Part shown: piece after piece, positions 35,767-44,505 of the stretch
Layout of the letters: each line of letters opens with the position of its first letter
Position numbering within the stretch: position 1 is the stretch's first letter
Source: Allosphingosinicella sp.
GTDB lineage: Bacteria; Pseudomonadota; Alphaproteobacteria; Sphingomonadales; Sphingomonadaceae
Assembly (NCBI GenBank): GCA_036388975.1
Contig: DASVQT010000054.1
Location: 5,838-69,837, forward strand
Direction of reading: 5' to 3'
DNA: 64,000 nt
The notes under the pieces: model-generated
The model's input: only the letters and a program-made list of their open reading frames with translations
Database searches by the model: none
Told to the model about the DNA's origin: nothing
Made by a program: the position numbers and the translations under genes

Positions 35767-37168
35767 GCCGCCGGCCCGGTTCGGGCCGCGCGACATCGTC
35801 GCTTCGGGCCTTTGCATCGGCTGCGGCGGCTGCGCGGGCCGCGCGAAGAAGGCCGGTGCGCGGATGGAGTGGGACAAGCACGGGCTGCTGAAGCCCGACG
35901 GTCCGGAAGCCTTCCTTGCCCGTGGGCCGGAGCGGTTCGAGCAGACCTGCCCATTCTCGCCGCGGGCGCGGGACGAGGACGAGATCGCCGCCCTTCTTTA
36001 TCCCGACGCAGCGCATGCCGATGCGCGGGTCGGGCGCTGGGAAGGGGCCTGGGTCGGCCATGTCGAGGAGGAGGAGTTTCGCGCGTCTGGAAGCTCCGGC
36101 GGGATGGTGAGCTGGGTGGCGGCGGAGCTGCTGCGCCGCGGCCTGGTCGATGCCGTGGCGCATGTCGCGCCGGCCGATCGGGACCGCGACGGGCGGCTGT
36201 TCGGCTACCGGGTCTCGCGCAGCGTCGCTGAGGTGCAGGCGGGGGCGAAGTCGCGTTATTATCCGATCGAGCTTTCGGGCGTGATCGAGACCATCCGCAG
36301 CGTGCCCGGCCGCTATGCGGTGATCGGCGTCCCTTGCTTCATCAAGGCGGTGAACCTCCTTCGGCTGGAAGATCCGCTGGTCGGCGAGCGGGTCGCCTTC
36401 ACGCTCGGCCTGTTCTGCGGGCACATGAAGAGCGCGCGCATGGTGGACAGCTTCGCGCTGCAGATGGGCGCCGAGCCCGGGCAGGTGAAGGCGATCGACT
36501 ATCGGCTGAAGGACGCGTCGCGGCCGGCAAACTGGTACCGCGCCAGCCTCGACCTCGCGGACGGCGGCAACAGGCAGCAGGATTGGTGGCACCTCGTTGA
36601 CGGCGACTGGGGATCGGGCTTCTTTCAGGCCTCGGCCTGCGATTATTGCGACGACGTGGTCGCGGAGACGGCCGACATCTCGTTCGGCGACGCGTGGGTG
36701 GAGCCTTATTCGTCCGACGGGCGCGGCACCAACGTCGTGGTGGTGCGCAGCCCCGTCCTCCACGCCATCGTCGGGGAGGCGCAGGCGGCCGGACGGCTGG
36801 GATTGAAGGCGGTGGACGCCGAGTTCGTCGTCGAAACGCAGGCGGCGGGCTTTCGCCACCGGCGCGAGGGGCTCGCCTGGCGCCTGGCGCGGCGGCAGCG
36901 CGGGCCCATCCGGCCAAGGAAGCGCGTGCGTCCGGGCGCCGAGGGCATGCCGCTGCGCCGGCGGGGCGTTTACTGGATGCGGAAGCGGATCAGCCGCTGG
37001 AGCCACCGCGTCTTCCGCCTTTCGCGGCGGATCGGCCAGCCCGGCCTGTTCGTGCGTTGGGGCAAGGCGATGCTCGCCGTCTACCACGCGCTGACCTATT
37101 CGCGCGGGCGGCTCGGGGCTTTGATCGACCGGGTCGAGGGCTGGGCCGGTCGCCGCCGCGCCGAATAA
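35753..37168 (+). CDS. FrhB-like (coenzyme F420 hydrogenase/dehydrogenase beta subunit family) Fe-S flavoprotein
   Basis: ATG at 35753 within ORF 35618..37168, overlapping the upstream gene by 14 nt. Features are the CIGCGGC cysteine cluster, SGGMVSW and the CDYCDD...DISFGDAW C-terminal domain. Confidence 0.8.
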   Translation: MSSPEPPARFGPRDIVASGLCIGCGGCAGRAKKAGARMEWDKHGLLKPDGPEAFLARGPERFEQTCPFSPRARDEDEIAALLYPDAAHADARVGRWEGAWVGHVEEEEFRASGSSGGMVSWVAAELLRRGLVDAVAHVAPADRDRDGRLFGYRVSRSVAEVQAGAKSRYYPIELSGVIETIRSVPGRYAVIGVPCFIKAVNLLRLEDPLVGERVAFTLGLFCGHMKSARMVDSFALQMGAEPGQVKAIDYRLKDASRPANWYRASLDLADGGNRQQDWWHLVDGDWGSGFFQASACDYCDDVVAETADISFGDAWVEPYSSDGRGTNVVVVRSPVLHAIVGEAQAAGRLGLKAVDAEFVVETQAAGFRHRREGLAWRLARRQRGPIRPRKRVRPGAEGMPLRRRGVYWMRKRISRWSHRVFRLSRRIGQPGLFVRWGKAMLAVYHALTYSRGRLGALIDRVEGWAGRRRAE

Positions 37169-37243
37169 GGAATCCAGCCGTTTGCCTCGGTGCGGCGCGG
37201 CCACTAACGTTGGAGGCGCACAATCTATGTCGAAGGGGATGTC

Positions 37244-39394
37244 ATGCGATTCGCCAAGCTTCTTCTCGCCGGCGCCGCCGCGATGACCGCGACCGGCGCT
37301 ACCACCGCTCAGACCACCGGCGCGGCCCAGGGCACCGCTCCGGCGGCGGCCGCCGCCGCGGAGGCGGACCCGAACGAGTTCCTGGAGGAGATCGAAGGCG
37401 AGCGCGCTTTGGCATGGGCGCGCGGCGAGAATGAAAAGACGCTCGGCGCCCTTCAGTCGGACCCGCGCTACCAGCAGTTCTACGACAGGGCGCTGCAGAT
37501 CCTGCAGGCGCGCGACCGTATTCCCTTCGTCACCTTCCGCCCGTCCGGCATGTACAATTTCTGGCAGGACCAGGACCATGTCCGCGGCATTTTGCGCCGC
37601 ACCACGCTGGCGAGCTACCGCACCGACAACCCGCAATGGGAGACGGTGCTGGACGTCGACGCGCTCGCCCGGGCGGAGAATGCGAATTGGGTCTATCAGG
37701 GCATGTCCTGCCTCCAGCCCGAGCAGCGCCGCTGCCTCGTGACGCTGTCGAACGGCGGGCGCGACGCCAATTTCGTCCGCGAATACGACCTCGTCGACAA
37801 GCGCTTCGTGGAAGGCGGCTTCAGCCTGCCCGAAGGCAAGCAGAACGTCGCCTGGGTGGACGAGAATACCATCCTGGTCGCCCGCGACTTCGGCGAAGGG
37901 ACGATGTCCACCTCCGGCTATCCGATCACCATAAGGCGCCTGACGCGGGGCCAGCCGCTGGCGCAGGCGCAGGAGATTTTCCGCGGCCAGACGAGCGACG
38001 TGCGGGTCTTCCCGCTGGTGCTTCGCGATGCGGCGGGGCGGGTCCATGCAACCGGCGTCGGCCGGGCGGTGAGCTTCTTCGAGAACGAATGGACCTTGTT
38101 CACGCCGCGCGGCAACGTCGTCCTGCCGCTGCCCCGCAAGGCGTCGCCGGCGGGCATCGTCGACGGGCGCCTGCTCGTCTCGCTGGACGAGCCGTGGGAA
38201 GCGGCGCCGGGGCTCCGCTTCGCAACCGACTCGGTCATTTCCTACGATCTCGACGAATGGAAGCGCGATCCGCTTCGCGCCCGGCCGGCTTTGGTCTGGG
38301 CGCCGGGACCGCGGCAGACGCTGTCGGGCGTCGCCACGACGCGCAACGGCCTCATCATCACCACGCTCGACAATGTCCGCGGGCGCGCCTCGGTCTGGAA
38401 CTTCGAGCGCGGGGCCTGGCGCAGCCGGCCGGTGCCGCTGCCGCAGAATGCCACCATCGGCGTGGCGGCGGCGTCGGACGAGAACGACCTTGCGATGTTC
38501 ACGGTGACGGACTTCCTCGAGCCCACCTCGCTTTATCTTTACGACGCGGCGTCGAACCGTGCGCCGGAGCGGATCAAGGCGAGCCCGGCCCGCTTCAACG
38601 CGGCGAACCATGTTGTCGAGCAGCATGAAGCGACGTCGCGGGACGGGACGAAGATCCCGTACTTCGTGATCCGCCCGCGCGGGGCGCCGATGGACGGCTC
38701 CACGCCGACCTTGCTCTACGGCTATGGCGGCTTCCAGAGTTCGATGCTGCCCAATTATCTCGGCACGACCGGGCGGCTGTGGCTGGAGGGCGGCAATGCC
38801 TGGGTGGTCGCGAACCTGCGCGGCGGCGGCGAGTTCGGGCCGGAATGGCACCAGACGGCGCAGGGCGCGAACAAGCAGCGCACCTGGGACGATTATATCG
38901 CGGTCGCCGAGGATCTGGTGCGTCGGCGGATCACCAGCCCGCGGCGCCTTGGTGTCGTCGGCGGGAGCCAGGGCGGGCTCCTTGTGGGCACGGCGATCAC
39001 GCAGCGTCCGGACCTGTTCAACGCGGCGATCATCCAGGTGCCGCTGTTTGACATGATGCGCTACCATTTGCTAGGCGCCGGCGCGTCGTGGATCGGCGAA
39101 TATGGCGATCCGCGCATTCCCGAGCAGCGCGCCTGGATCGAAGGCTATTCGCCCTACCAGCGGCTGACGGCGGGGCGGACCTATCCGACGCCCTTCATCC
39201 ACACCTCGACGGCGGACGACCGGGTGCATCCGGCCCACGGACGCAAGGCGGCGGCCCGCCTCGCGGCGATCGGCCAGCCTTATTATTATTACGAGAACAT
39301 GCAGGGCGGCCATAGCGCTGCTGCGAACCTGCAGGAAAGTGCGCGCCGGCTGGCGCTGGAATTCACCTACGCGAGCAAGCGGCTGGTGGATTGA
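37244..39394 (+). CDS. Secreted prolyl oligopeptidase family serine peptidase
   Basis: Signal peptide and a roughly 700-aa S9 architecture, with the nucleophile in GGSQGGLL and Asp/His in ADDRVHPAHG. Confidence 0.9.
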   Translation: MRFAKLLLAGAAAMTATGATTAQTTGAAQGTAPAAAAAAEADPNEFLEEIEGERALAWARGENEKTLGALQSDPRYQQFYDRALQILQARDRIPFVTFRPSGMYNFWQDQDHVRGILRRTTLASYRTDNPQWETVLDVDALARAENANWVYQGMSCLQPEQRRCLVTLSNGGRDANFVREYDLVDKRFVEGGFSLPEGKQNVAWVDENTILVARDFGEGTMSTSGYPITIRRLTRGQPLAQAQEIFRGQTSDVRVFPLVLRDAAGRVHATGVGRAVSFFENEWTLFTPRGNVVLPLPRKASPAGIVDGRLLVSLDEPWEAAPGLRFATDSVISYDLDEWKRDPLRARPALVWAPGPRQTLSGVATTRNGLIITTLDNVRGRASVWNFERGAWRSRPVPLPQNATIGVAAASDENDLAMFTVTDFLEPTSLYLYDAASNRAPERIKASPARFNAANHVVEQHEATSRDGTKIPYFVIRPRGAPMDGSTPTLLYGYGGFQSSMLPNYLGTTGRLWLEGGNAWVVANLRGGGEFGPEWHQTAQGANKQRTWDDYIAVAEDLVRRRITSPRRLGVVGGSQGGLLVGTAITQRPDLFNAAIIQVPLFDMMRYHLLGAGASWIGEYGDPRIPEQRAWIEGYSPYQRLTAGRTYPTPFIHTSTADDRVHPAHGRKAAARLAAIGQPYYYYENMQGGHSAAANLQESARRLALEFTYASKRLVD

Positions 39395-39396
39395 AT

Positions 39397-39526
39397 TCCT
39401 CCCCATGCGCAGCATGGGGAGGGGGACCACCCGCAGGGTGGTGGAGGGGTAGCTGGCTCGGCCTGCGCCTTCTACCCCTCCACCATGCTTCGCATGGTCC
39501 CCCTCCCCATCTTCGATGGGGAGGAA
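39397..39526. repeat. Family E compound palindrome filling the convergent intergenic gap (likely bidirectional terminator)
   Basis: TTCCTCCCCATGCGCAGCATGGGGAGGGGGACCACCCGCAGGGTGGTGGAGGGGTA (39397-39451) mirrors TACCCCTCCACCATGCTTCGCATGGTCCCCCTCCCCATCTTCGATGGGGAGGAA (39473-39526). Each half also contains local hairpins. Confidence 0.75.
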
Positions 39527-39528
39527 AT

Positions 39529-40962
39529 TCAGCCTTCGAGTTCGTTCGCGATCTGTGGCTCTCTCAGGCCCACGCCGATCGAGGCGCGGGGCTGGTCGGA
39601 TTCGGAGCTGGTGACCGGATAGGCGCAGTAATCGGCGGCGTAATAAGCGCTGGGGCGGTGGTTGCCGGACAGGCCGACGCCGCCAAACGGGGCGTTGGAC
39701 GGGGCGCCGTTGGTGGGCTTGTTCCAGTTGATGACGCCGGCGCGGACGTTGGCCCAGAACTTGTCGTACATGTCCGGCGAGCCGCCGACGAGCGAGGCGG
39801 CGAGGCCGTAGCGCGTCGCATTGGCTTCGGCGATGGCGGCATCGAAATCGGGCACGCGGACGACCTGGAGGACGGGGCCGAACAGCTCCGCATCCGAGCG
39901 CTGGGCGACGTTTGTCACGTCGACGATGGCGGGGGTGAGGAAGGGGCGGTCGTCCGCCTTGCGGTCCAGCCGGCGGATCGGGCGGCCGCCGCGGCCCATC
40001 AGCTCGAGAAAGGCTTCCTGGAGCCGGTCGGCCGCTTCGTTGTCGATCACCGGGCCCATGAAGGGCGGCGGGGTCGCATGGGGATGATCGACGATCAGGC
40101 GGTCGGCGATTTTGGCGATGGTTTCGACCAGTTCCTCATGCTTGCCGTCCTCGACGATCAAACGGCGCGCGCCGGTGCAGCGCTGGCCGGCGGACAGGAA
40201 GGCGGACTGGACGGCGATCAGGGCGGCGGCGTGCACGTCCTTCGCGTCCCAGACGACGAGCGGATTGTTGCCGCCCATTTCCAGCGCGAGGATCTTGTGC
40301 GGGGTTTCGGCGAACTGGCGATGGAGCGACAGGCCCGCGCGGGCCGAGCCGGTGAAGAGGAGGCCCTCGATGCCGCGGTGGGCGGAAAGGGCGCGGCCGA
40401 CGTCGGGGCCGCCCTGGACGCAGCGCACCACGTCCTCCGGAACGCCCGCTTCATGGTAGAGCGAGACGAGGAATTCGCCGACGGCGGGCGTCTTCTCGCT
40501 CGGCTTGAAGACGCAGGCATTGCCGGCGATGAGCGCCGGGACGATGTGGCCGTTGGGAAGGTGGGCCGGGAAATTGTACGGGCCGAGGACGGCGAGGACG
40601 CCGTGCGGCTTGTGGCGGACGGCGACGCGGGCGCCGAGCGCGCCTTCGAGGCGGCGCTGGGAGGTGCGCTCCGAATAAGCCGAAACCGAGATGTCGACCT
40701 TGTTGACGACCGCGTCGACTTCGGTCGCGGCTTCCCAGAGCGGCTTGCCGGTCTCGCGGGCGATGAGATCGGCGAATGCCTCCTTCTTGGCGCGCGTGGC
40801 GTTGGCGAAGCGGCGAAGCGTTTCGATGCGAAAGGCGAGGGAACGGGCGGCCCAGGCGGCCCAGCCGGCGCGGGCGCGCGCGACTTCGGCGTCGACGTCG
40901 CCGCTTTCGCCGGTCCAGAGCGTCGCGCCCGTGGCGGGCTCGGTGGAAATCAACTGCACCAT
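39529..40962 (-). CDS. astD: Succinylglutamate-semialdehyde dehydrogenase-like aldehyde dehydrogenase
   Basis: ORF 39529..40998; the start is MVQLISTEPATG (40962). Features are the ALDH catalytic Cys (AGQRCTGARR), the Glu motif (LEMGGNNP) and an AstD-like C-terminus. Confidence 0.8.
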   Translation of the reverse strand: MVQLISTEPATGATLWTGESGDVDAEVARARAGWAAWAARSLAFRIETLRRFANATRAKKEAFADLIARETGKPLWEAATEVDAVVNKVDISVSAYSERTSQRRLEGALGARVAVRHKPHGVLAVLGPYNFPAHLPNGHIVPALIAGNACVFKPSEKTPAVGEFLVSLYHEAGVPEDVVRCVQGGPDVGRALSAHRGIEGLLFTGSARAGLSLHRQFAETPHKILALEMGGNNPLVVWDAKDVHAAALIAVQSAFLSAGQRCTGARRLIVEDGKHEELVETIAKIADRLIVDHPHATPPPFMGPVIDNEAADRLQEAFLELMGRGGRPIRRLDRKADDRPFLTPAIVDVTNVAQRSDAELFGPVLQVVRVPDFDAAIAEANATRYGLAASLVGGSPDMYDKFWANVRAGVINWNKPTNGAPSNAPFGGVGLSGNHRPSAYYAADYCAYPVTSSESDQPRASIGVGLREPQIANELEG

Positions 40963-40994
40963 GGCCTGCGCTCCACCATGTTCGGGCGCGGGAA

Positions 40995-42425
40995 TCAAGC
41001 CGGGCCCGGAACGGCGCCGCGGTGCGCCTCGCCCATGCGGCGAACGGCGGCGACTTTGGCGTGAAGCGCCGACCAGTCGTCCGCTTCGTCGATGCGCGAC
41101 CAGATCGCCTCCACTTCGTCGATGTGCATGGATTGGGGCTCGGGATCGGACCAGTAATCATGGTCTAGCGCGTGGCGGGCGGGTTCGAAGGCGGCGATGC
41201 GGCTCGAGAAATCGGCGAACGGCTCCTCGGCATAGGCCGCGTCGGCTGGGGACGGGCCGCGGCGGCGGCCGCCGCGCCAATCGAAGAAGAAGCGGTCGAT
41301 GCCGACGCTCTGCTTCACCATCGCCGTTTCGAGGGCGGTGAGAAGGGCGGCGTCTTCCTGGCCGCCGGCCGGCAGGATGCCGAGGCGGGCGAAGACGGTC
41401 TTCACCAGGGCGGCCTGGAAGGTTTCCGGGAAGCGTTCGAGCTCGGCGCGGAGCGCGTCCGGGTCGGCGACGAGGGTGAGGGAACGGGCGAGCTGGAGAA
41501 TGTCCCAGTGGATCGCCTCGGGCTGGCGACCGAAGGAATACAGGCCCGCATGGTCGAAATAAGCGGCGGTGAAATGCCCGTCCCAGAAAGGCGTGAAGCG
41601 CCAGGGGCCGTAATCGAAGCTTTGGCAGGTGATGGCGATATTGTCGGAATTGAGCACACCGTGGACGAAGCCGGCGGCGATATATTCGGAGGCGAGGCGG
41701 GCGCCTTGCTCGACCACGTTGCGGAGAAGGGCGACGGCGGGGGCGGGGTCGGCGGCGTCGGCGGCGTAATAGTGGTCGAGGCAGTAGGCGACGAGTTTGG
41801 CGATGTTGTCCGTTTCTTCGCCATAGGCGAGGCGCTGGAAGGTGCCGATGCGGATGTGGCTGTGCTGAAGGCGGACGAGGACGGCGGAGCGGGTGGGGGA
41901 AGGCTCGTCGTTGCGCTCCAGCGCTTCGCCGGTTTCGACGAGCGAAAAGGTCTTGGAGGTTTCGACGCCGAGCGCTTCGAGCATCTCGGTGGCGAGGATT
42001 TCGCGGATGCCGCCCTTGAGCGTGAGGCGTCCGTCGCCGAAGCGGCTCCAGGGCGTGCGGCCTGAGCCCTTGGTGCCGAGATCGAGCAGACGGTCGTGGC
42101 CGTCGCGTAGCTGGGCGAAGAGGAAGCCGCGGCCGTCGCCGATGTCGGGATTGTACACGCGGAACTGATGGCCGTGATAGCGAAGCGCCAGCGGGCGCTC
42201 GAGATTGTCGGAAAGCGGGCGGAAGCGGCCGAAATGAGCGGTCCATTGCTCGTCGGTGAGCGTGTCGAGGCCGACACTGGCCGCCCAGCGGTCGTTGCGG
42301 AAGCGCAGGATCGTCTGCGGGAAGTCGGCCGCGTCGACGGGATCGTAGAAGGCGTCGCTCAGGCCAAGGATCTTCGGGTCGGGACGGTAGGGAGCGGGGC
42401 GGGGAAGGGTCGGCATCATGGGCAA
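40995..42425 (-). CDS. selO: Protein adenylyltransferase SelO (YdiU family)
   Basis: RYHGHQFRVYNPDIGDGRG, LKGGIREILATE and HGVLNSDN are diagnostic SelO pseudokinase-fold motifs. Confidence 0.9.
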   Translation of the reverse strand: MPMMPTLPRPAPYRPDPKILGLSDAFYDPVDAADFPQTILRFRNDRWAASVGLDTLTDEQWTAHFGRFRPLSDNLERPLALRYHGHQFRVYNPDIGDGRGFLFAQLRDGHDRLLDLGTKGSGRTPWSRFGDGRLTLKGGIREILATEMLEALGVETSKTFSLVETGEALERNDEPSPTRSAVLVRLQHSHIRIGTFQRLAYGEETDNIAKLVAYCLDHYYAADAADPAPAVALLRNVVEQGARLASEYIAAGFVHGVLNSDNIAITCQSFDYGPWRFTPFWDGHFTAAYFDHAGLYSFGRQPEAIHWDILQLARSLTLVADPDALRAELERFPETFQAALVKTVFARLGILPAGGQEDAALLTALETAMVKQSVGIDRFFFDWRGGRRRGPSPADAAYAEEPFADFSSRIAAFEPARHALDHDYWSDPEPQSMHIDEVEAIWSRIDEADDWSALHAKVAAVRRMGEAHRGAVPGPA

Positions 42426-42528
42426 GCGCTTGGCTCCGGATCGCGTTCCCTCGCGCGGCGCAGCCTAAAGGCGCGCCGTGCGTTCCGGCCCCGTATCTTC
42501 CACTCGCAAGCGAGAGTTTTCGTCCGCC

Positions 42529-43827
42529 ATGAACACGCCCACGCCGCTCAGCGCCCGCGCCGCCCTTCTAGTCGCCGCCGCAATTCTTCCCTTCGCGCCG
42601 CTCGCGGCCCAGGACGCCCAGCAGCCGGCGGCGGAAAAGCCCGCCGAAGCGCAGGCGCCGACGCCGGCGCCCGCACCGGCGCCCGCGCCTGCAGCGGCGG
42701 CACCGGCTCCGGCACCAGCTCCGGCTCCTGCGCCCGCAGCGGCGGCGCCCGCACCAGCCGCCGCCGCTCCGGCACCGGCTGCGGCGCCTGCGCCCGCCGC
42801 GGCGGCTCCGGCCCCCGCGCGAGCGGCGCCTGCACGGCCGGCGCCCGTGCGCGCCGCGCCGCCGCGCGCTGCTGCGCCCGCGTTCCAGGCCGCGCCGCAG
42901 ACTGGCGCAGGCGCGCCGCCGCCGCCGATCGCGCTTCCGCCCGCCGAGGCGCTCGCGCCGCCGCCGGAAGCCGGGATCGATCCCGCGGACGCGCCTGCTG
43001 CGACGGCTGTCCGGCCCGGCGCGGAGGCGGTGCAGCAAGGCGGCGAGGAGGAAGGCGGCAGCATCCTCGGCTGGCTGCTTCTTGCCGGCGGTGCGCTGGC
43101 GGTCGGCGCGCTGGTTTTGTTCCTGATGCGGCGCCGGCGGGATGAAGAACAGTTCGTCGATCACCGGCACGTGGAGCCGGCCGCGGCGGCGCCCGAACCC
43201 GCGCCCGTGCCGGTTGCGCCGCGCGCCGTCGCCGTGCCGGCACCGGCGCCGGTGCGTCCGGTCGCGGTTGCCGTGCCGGCCGCTGCGGCTTCGGTCGGCG
43301 CTTCGGCCTTTGCATGGCGCGAGCAGGCGGCGCCCGCCGCCGTTGCTGCCGACGACGGACGTGCGGTGCTCGACCTCATCGTCGAGCCGGTGCGCGCGGG
43401 CGTGACTGCGGAGGGTGCGGTGGTGGAGTTCGAGCTCAAGCTCGGCAATCGCGGCGACGGCGCGGCGCGGGACGTGCACGTCACCGCCTGGCTCGTCCCG
43501 GCGGGCGCGGAGGCGAGCGGCATGGAGCGCACATTGGTCCAGCAGGGCGACGCGGCGGACGTGCCGGCGATCGAGCCGAAAACGGCGCAGCGGCTCGCCG
43601 CTTCTTTGACCCTGCCGGCGGCGCAGCTTCGCGGCGATTCGATCCTGCCCGTGGTGGCCGCCGAGGCGCGCTACCGGCACCCGGACGGAACGGAGAGCAC
43701 GACCGTGGCGCGCTATGCGGTCGGCGTGCCGGACGGCGAGGACCTCGCGCATTTCTCGACGGATACGCCGTCGGGGCTGCACGAGGGCGTGGTCGCGCAG
43801 GCGCTCGGCGAGATGGAGCGGACCTGA
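42529..43827 (+). CDS. Pro/Ala-rich single-pass membrane protein
   Basis: ORF 42478..43827; the likely start is MNTPTPLSARAALLVAAAILPFAPLAAQ (signal peptide). It has a roughly 170-aa PA-rich region, a TM (ILGWLLLAGGALAVGALVLFLM) followed by RRRR, and a roughly 200-aa C-terminal globular domain. Confidence 0.7.
   Translation: MNTPTPLSARAALLVAAAILPFAPLAAQDAQQPAAEKPAEAQAPTPAPAPAPAPAAAAPAPAPAPAPAPAAAAPAPAAAAPAPAAAPAPAAAAPAPARAAPARPAPVRAAPPRAAAPAFQAAPQTGAGAPPPPIALPPAEALAPPPEAGIDPADAPAATAVRPGAEAVQQGGEEEGGSILGWLLLAGGALAVGALVLFLMRRRRDEEQFVDHRHVEPAAAAPEPAPVPVAPRAVAVPAPAPVRPVAVAVPAAAASVGASAFAWREQAAPAAVAADDGRAVLDLIVEPVRAGVTAEGAVVEFELKLGNRGDGAARDVHVTAWLVPAGAEASGMERTLVQQGDAADVPAIEPKTAQRLAASLTLPAAQLRGDSILPVVAAEARYRHPDGTESTTVARYAVGVPDGEDLAHFSTDTPSGLHEGVVAQALGEMERT
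42655..42830 (+). repeat. Low-complexity (GCN/CCG)n coding repeat
   Basis: It encodes APAPAPAPAAAAPAPAPAPAPAAAAPAPAAAAPAPAAAPAPAAAAPAPA. Confidence 0.8.
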
Positions 43828-43831
43828 GGCT

Positions 43832-44476
43832 TCAGGCCGCGATCAGCCTCGCCAGGCGCGACATCAGCTCTTCGGGGATGAAGGGTTTGACGACGAAGTC
43901 GTCGGCGCCGAGCTCTAGGGCGCTGACGATGTCGCCCTCCTGCTTGCGGGCGGTGAGCATGACGATCGGGATGGAGGCGGTGGCGTCGTCGGCGCGGAGG
44001 CGGCGCAGGACTTCGTAGCCGTCCATGACCGGCATCATCGCATCGAGCAGGATCGCGTCCGGCCGGGCCTCGGCGACTCGCTCCAGCCCTTCGCGCCCGT
44101 CGGCCGCGACGCTGACCCGGTAGCCGCGCCCTTCCAGACGGTGGCGGAGGAGATCCGCCACGAGCGCGTCGTCGTCGCAGACGAGGATGAGGGGCCCTTC
44201 GGCTGCTTTCGAAACGATGCGCGGCGGCGCCGGTTCGGGCCGCGGTGCGGGAGGTGCGGGCGTCGGCGGGGGCTCAGGCGGTGGAGCGGGCGCCGCGCTC
44301 GCGCCGGGAGCGGCGCCCGGCCAGACGACGCGGAAGCCCTTGGGGACGGGCTGCCATGCGTCCGCTTCCTTGACGAGGTCGGCATTGCAGCGGCGGCAGC
44401 GGGTGAAGCAGCGGCCGCCATTGCAGATTTCGTCGGGGGATGGGTCGTGGCCCTTGAGGCGGCAGATCATGCTCAT
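43832..44476 (-). CDS. Response regulator: N-terminal Cys/His zinc-ribbon-like module, Pro-rich linker, REC domain
   Basis: MSMICRLKGH...C..GGRC...CRRC (C5, H10, C18, C23, C27, C30), then a PAPPPEPPPTPAPPAPRPEP linker, then REC (LVCDDD...LLDAMMPVMDG...KPF). Confidence 0.85.
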   Translation of the reverse strand: MSMICRLKGHDPSPDEICNGGRCFTRCRRCNADLVKEADAWQPVPKGFRVVWPGAAPGASAAPAPPPEPPPTPAPPAPRPEPAPPRIVSKAAEGPLILVCDDDALVADLLRHRLEGRGYRVSVAADGREGLERVAEARPDAILLDAMMPVMDGYEVLRRLRADDATASIPIVMLTARKQEGDIVSALELGADDFVVKPFIPEELMSRLARLIAA

Positions 44477-44505
44477 GGCTGCACCAATGCAAGAAGCGCT
44501 TGTTT

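Noticed and set aside
35636-39067. 1143-aa minus-strand ORF
   Set aside because: It is antisense to the FrhB-like gene and the prolyl oligopeptidase gene, both of which have clear catalytic motifs. Its composition is Arg/Ala/Pro-rich.
40995-42425. Functional link between selO and astD as an operon-level novelty
   Set aside because: They are on the same strand with a 32-nt gap, but both are common housekeeping or accessory enzymes with no mechanistic reason visible in the sequence to connect them.
42655-42830. Tandem GC-rich repeat as a non-coding VNTR or minisatellite
   Set aside because: It lies in frame within a plausible membrane-protein gene and encodes a PA-rich linker. The opposite-strand ORFs (42465..43064, 42548..43315, 42568..43782) are artefacts of the same low-complexity DNA.
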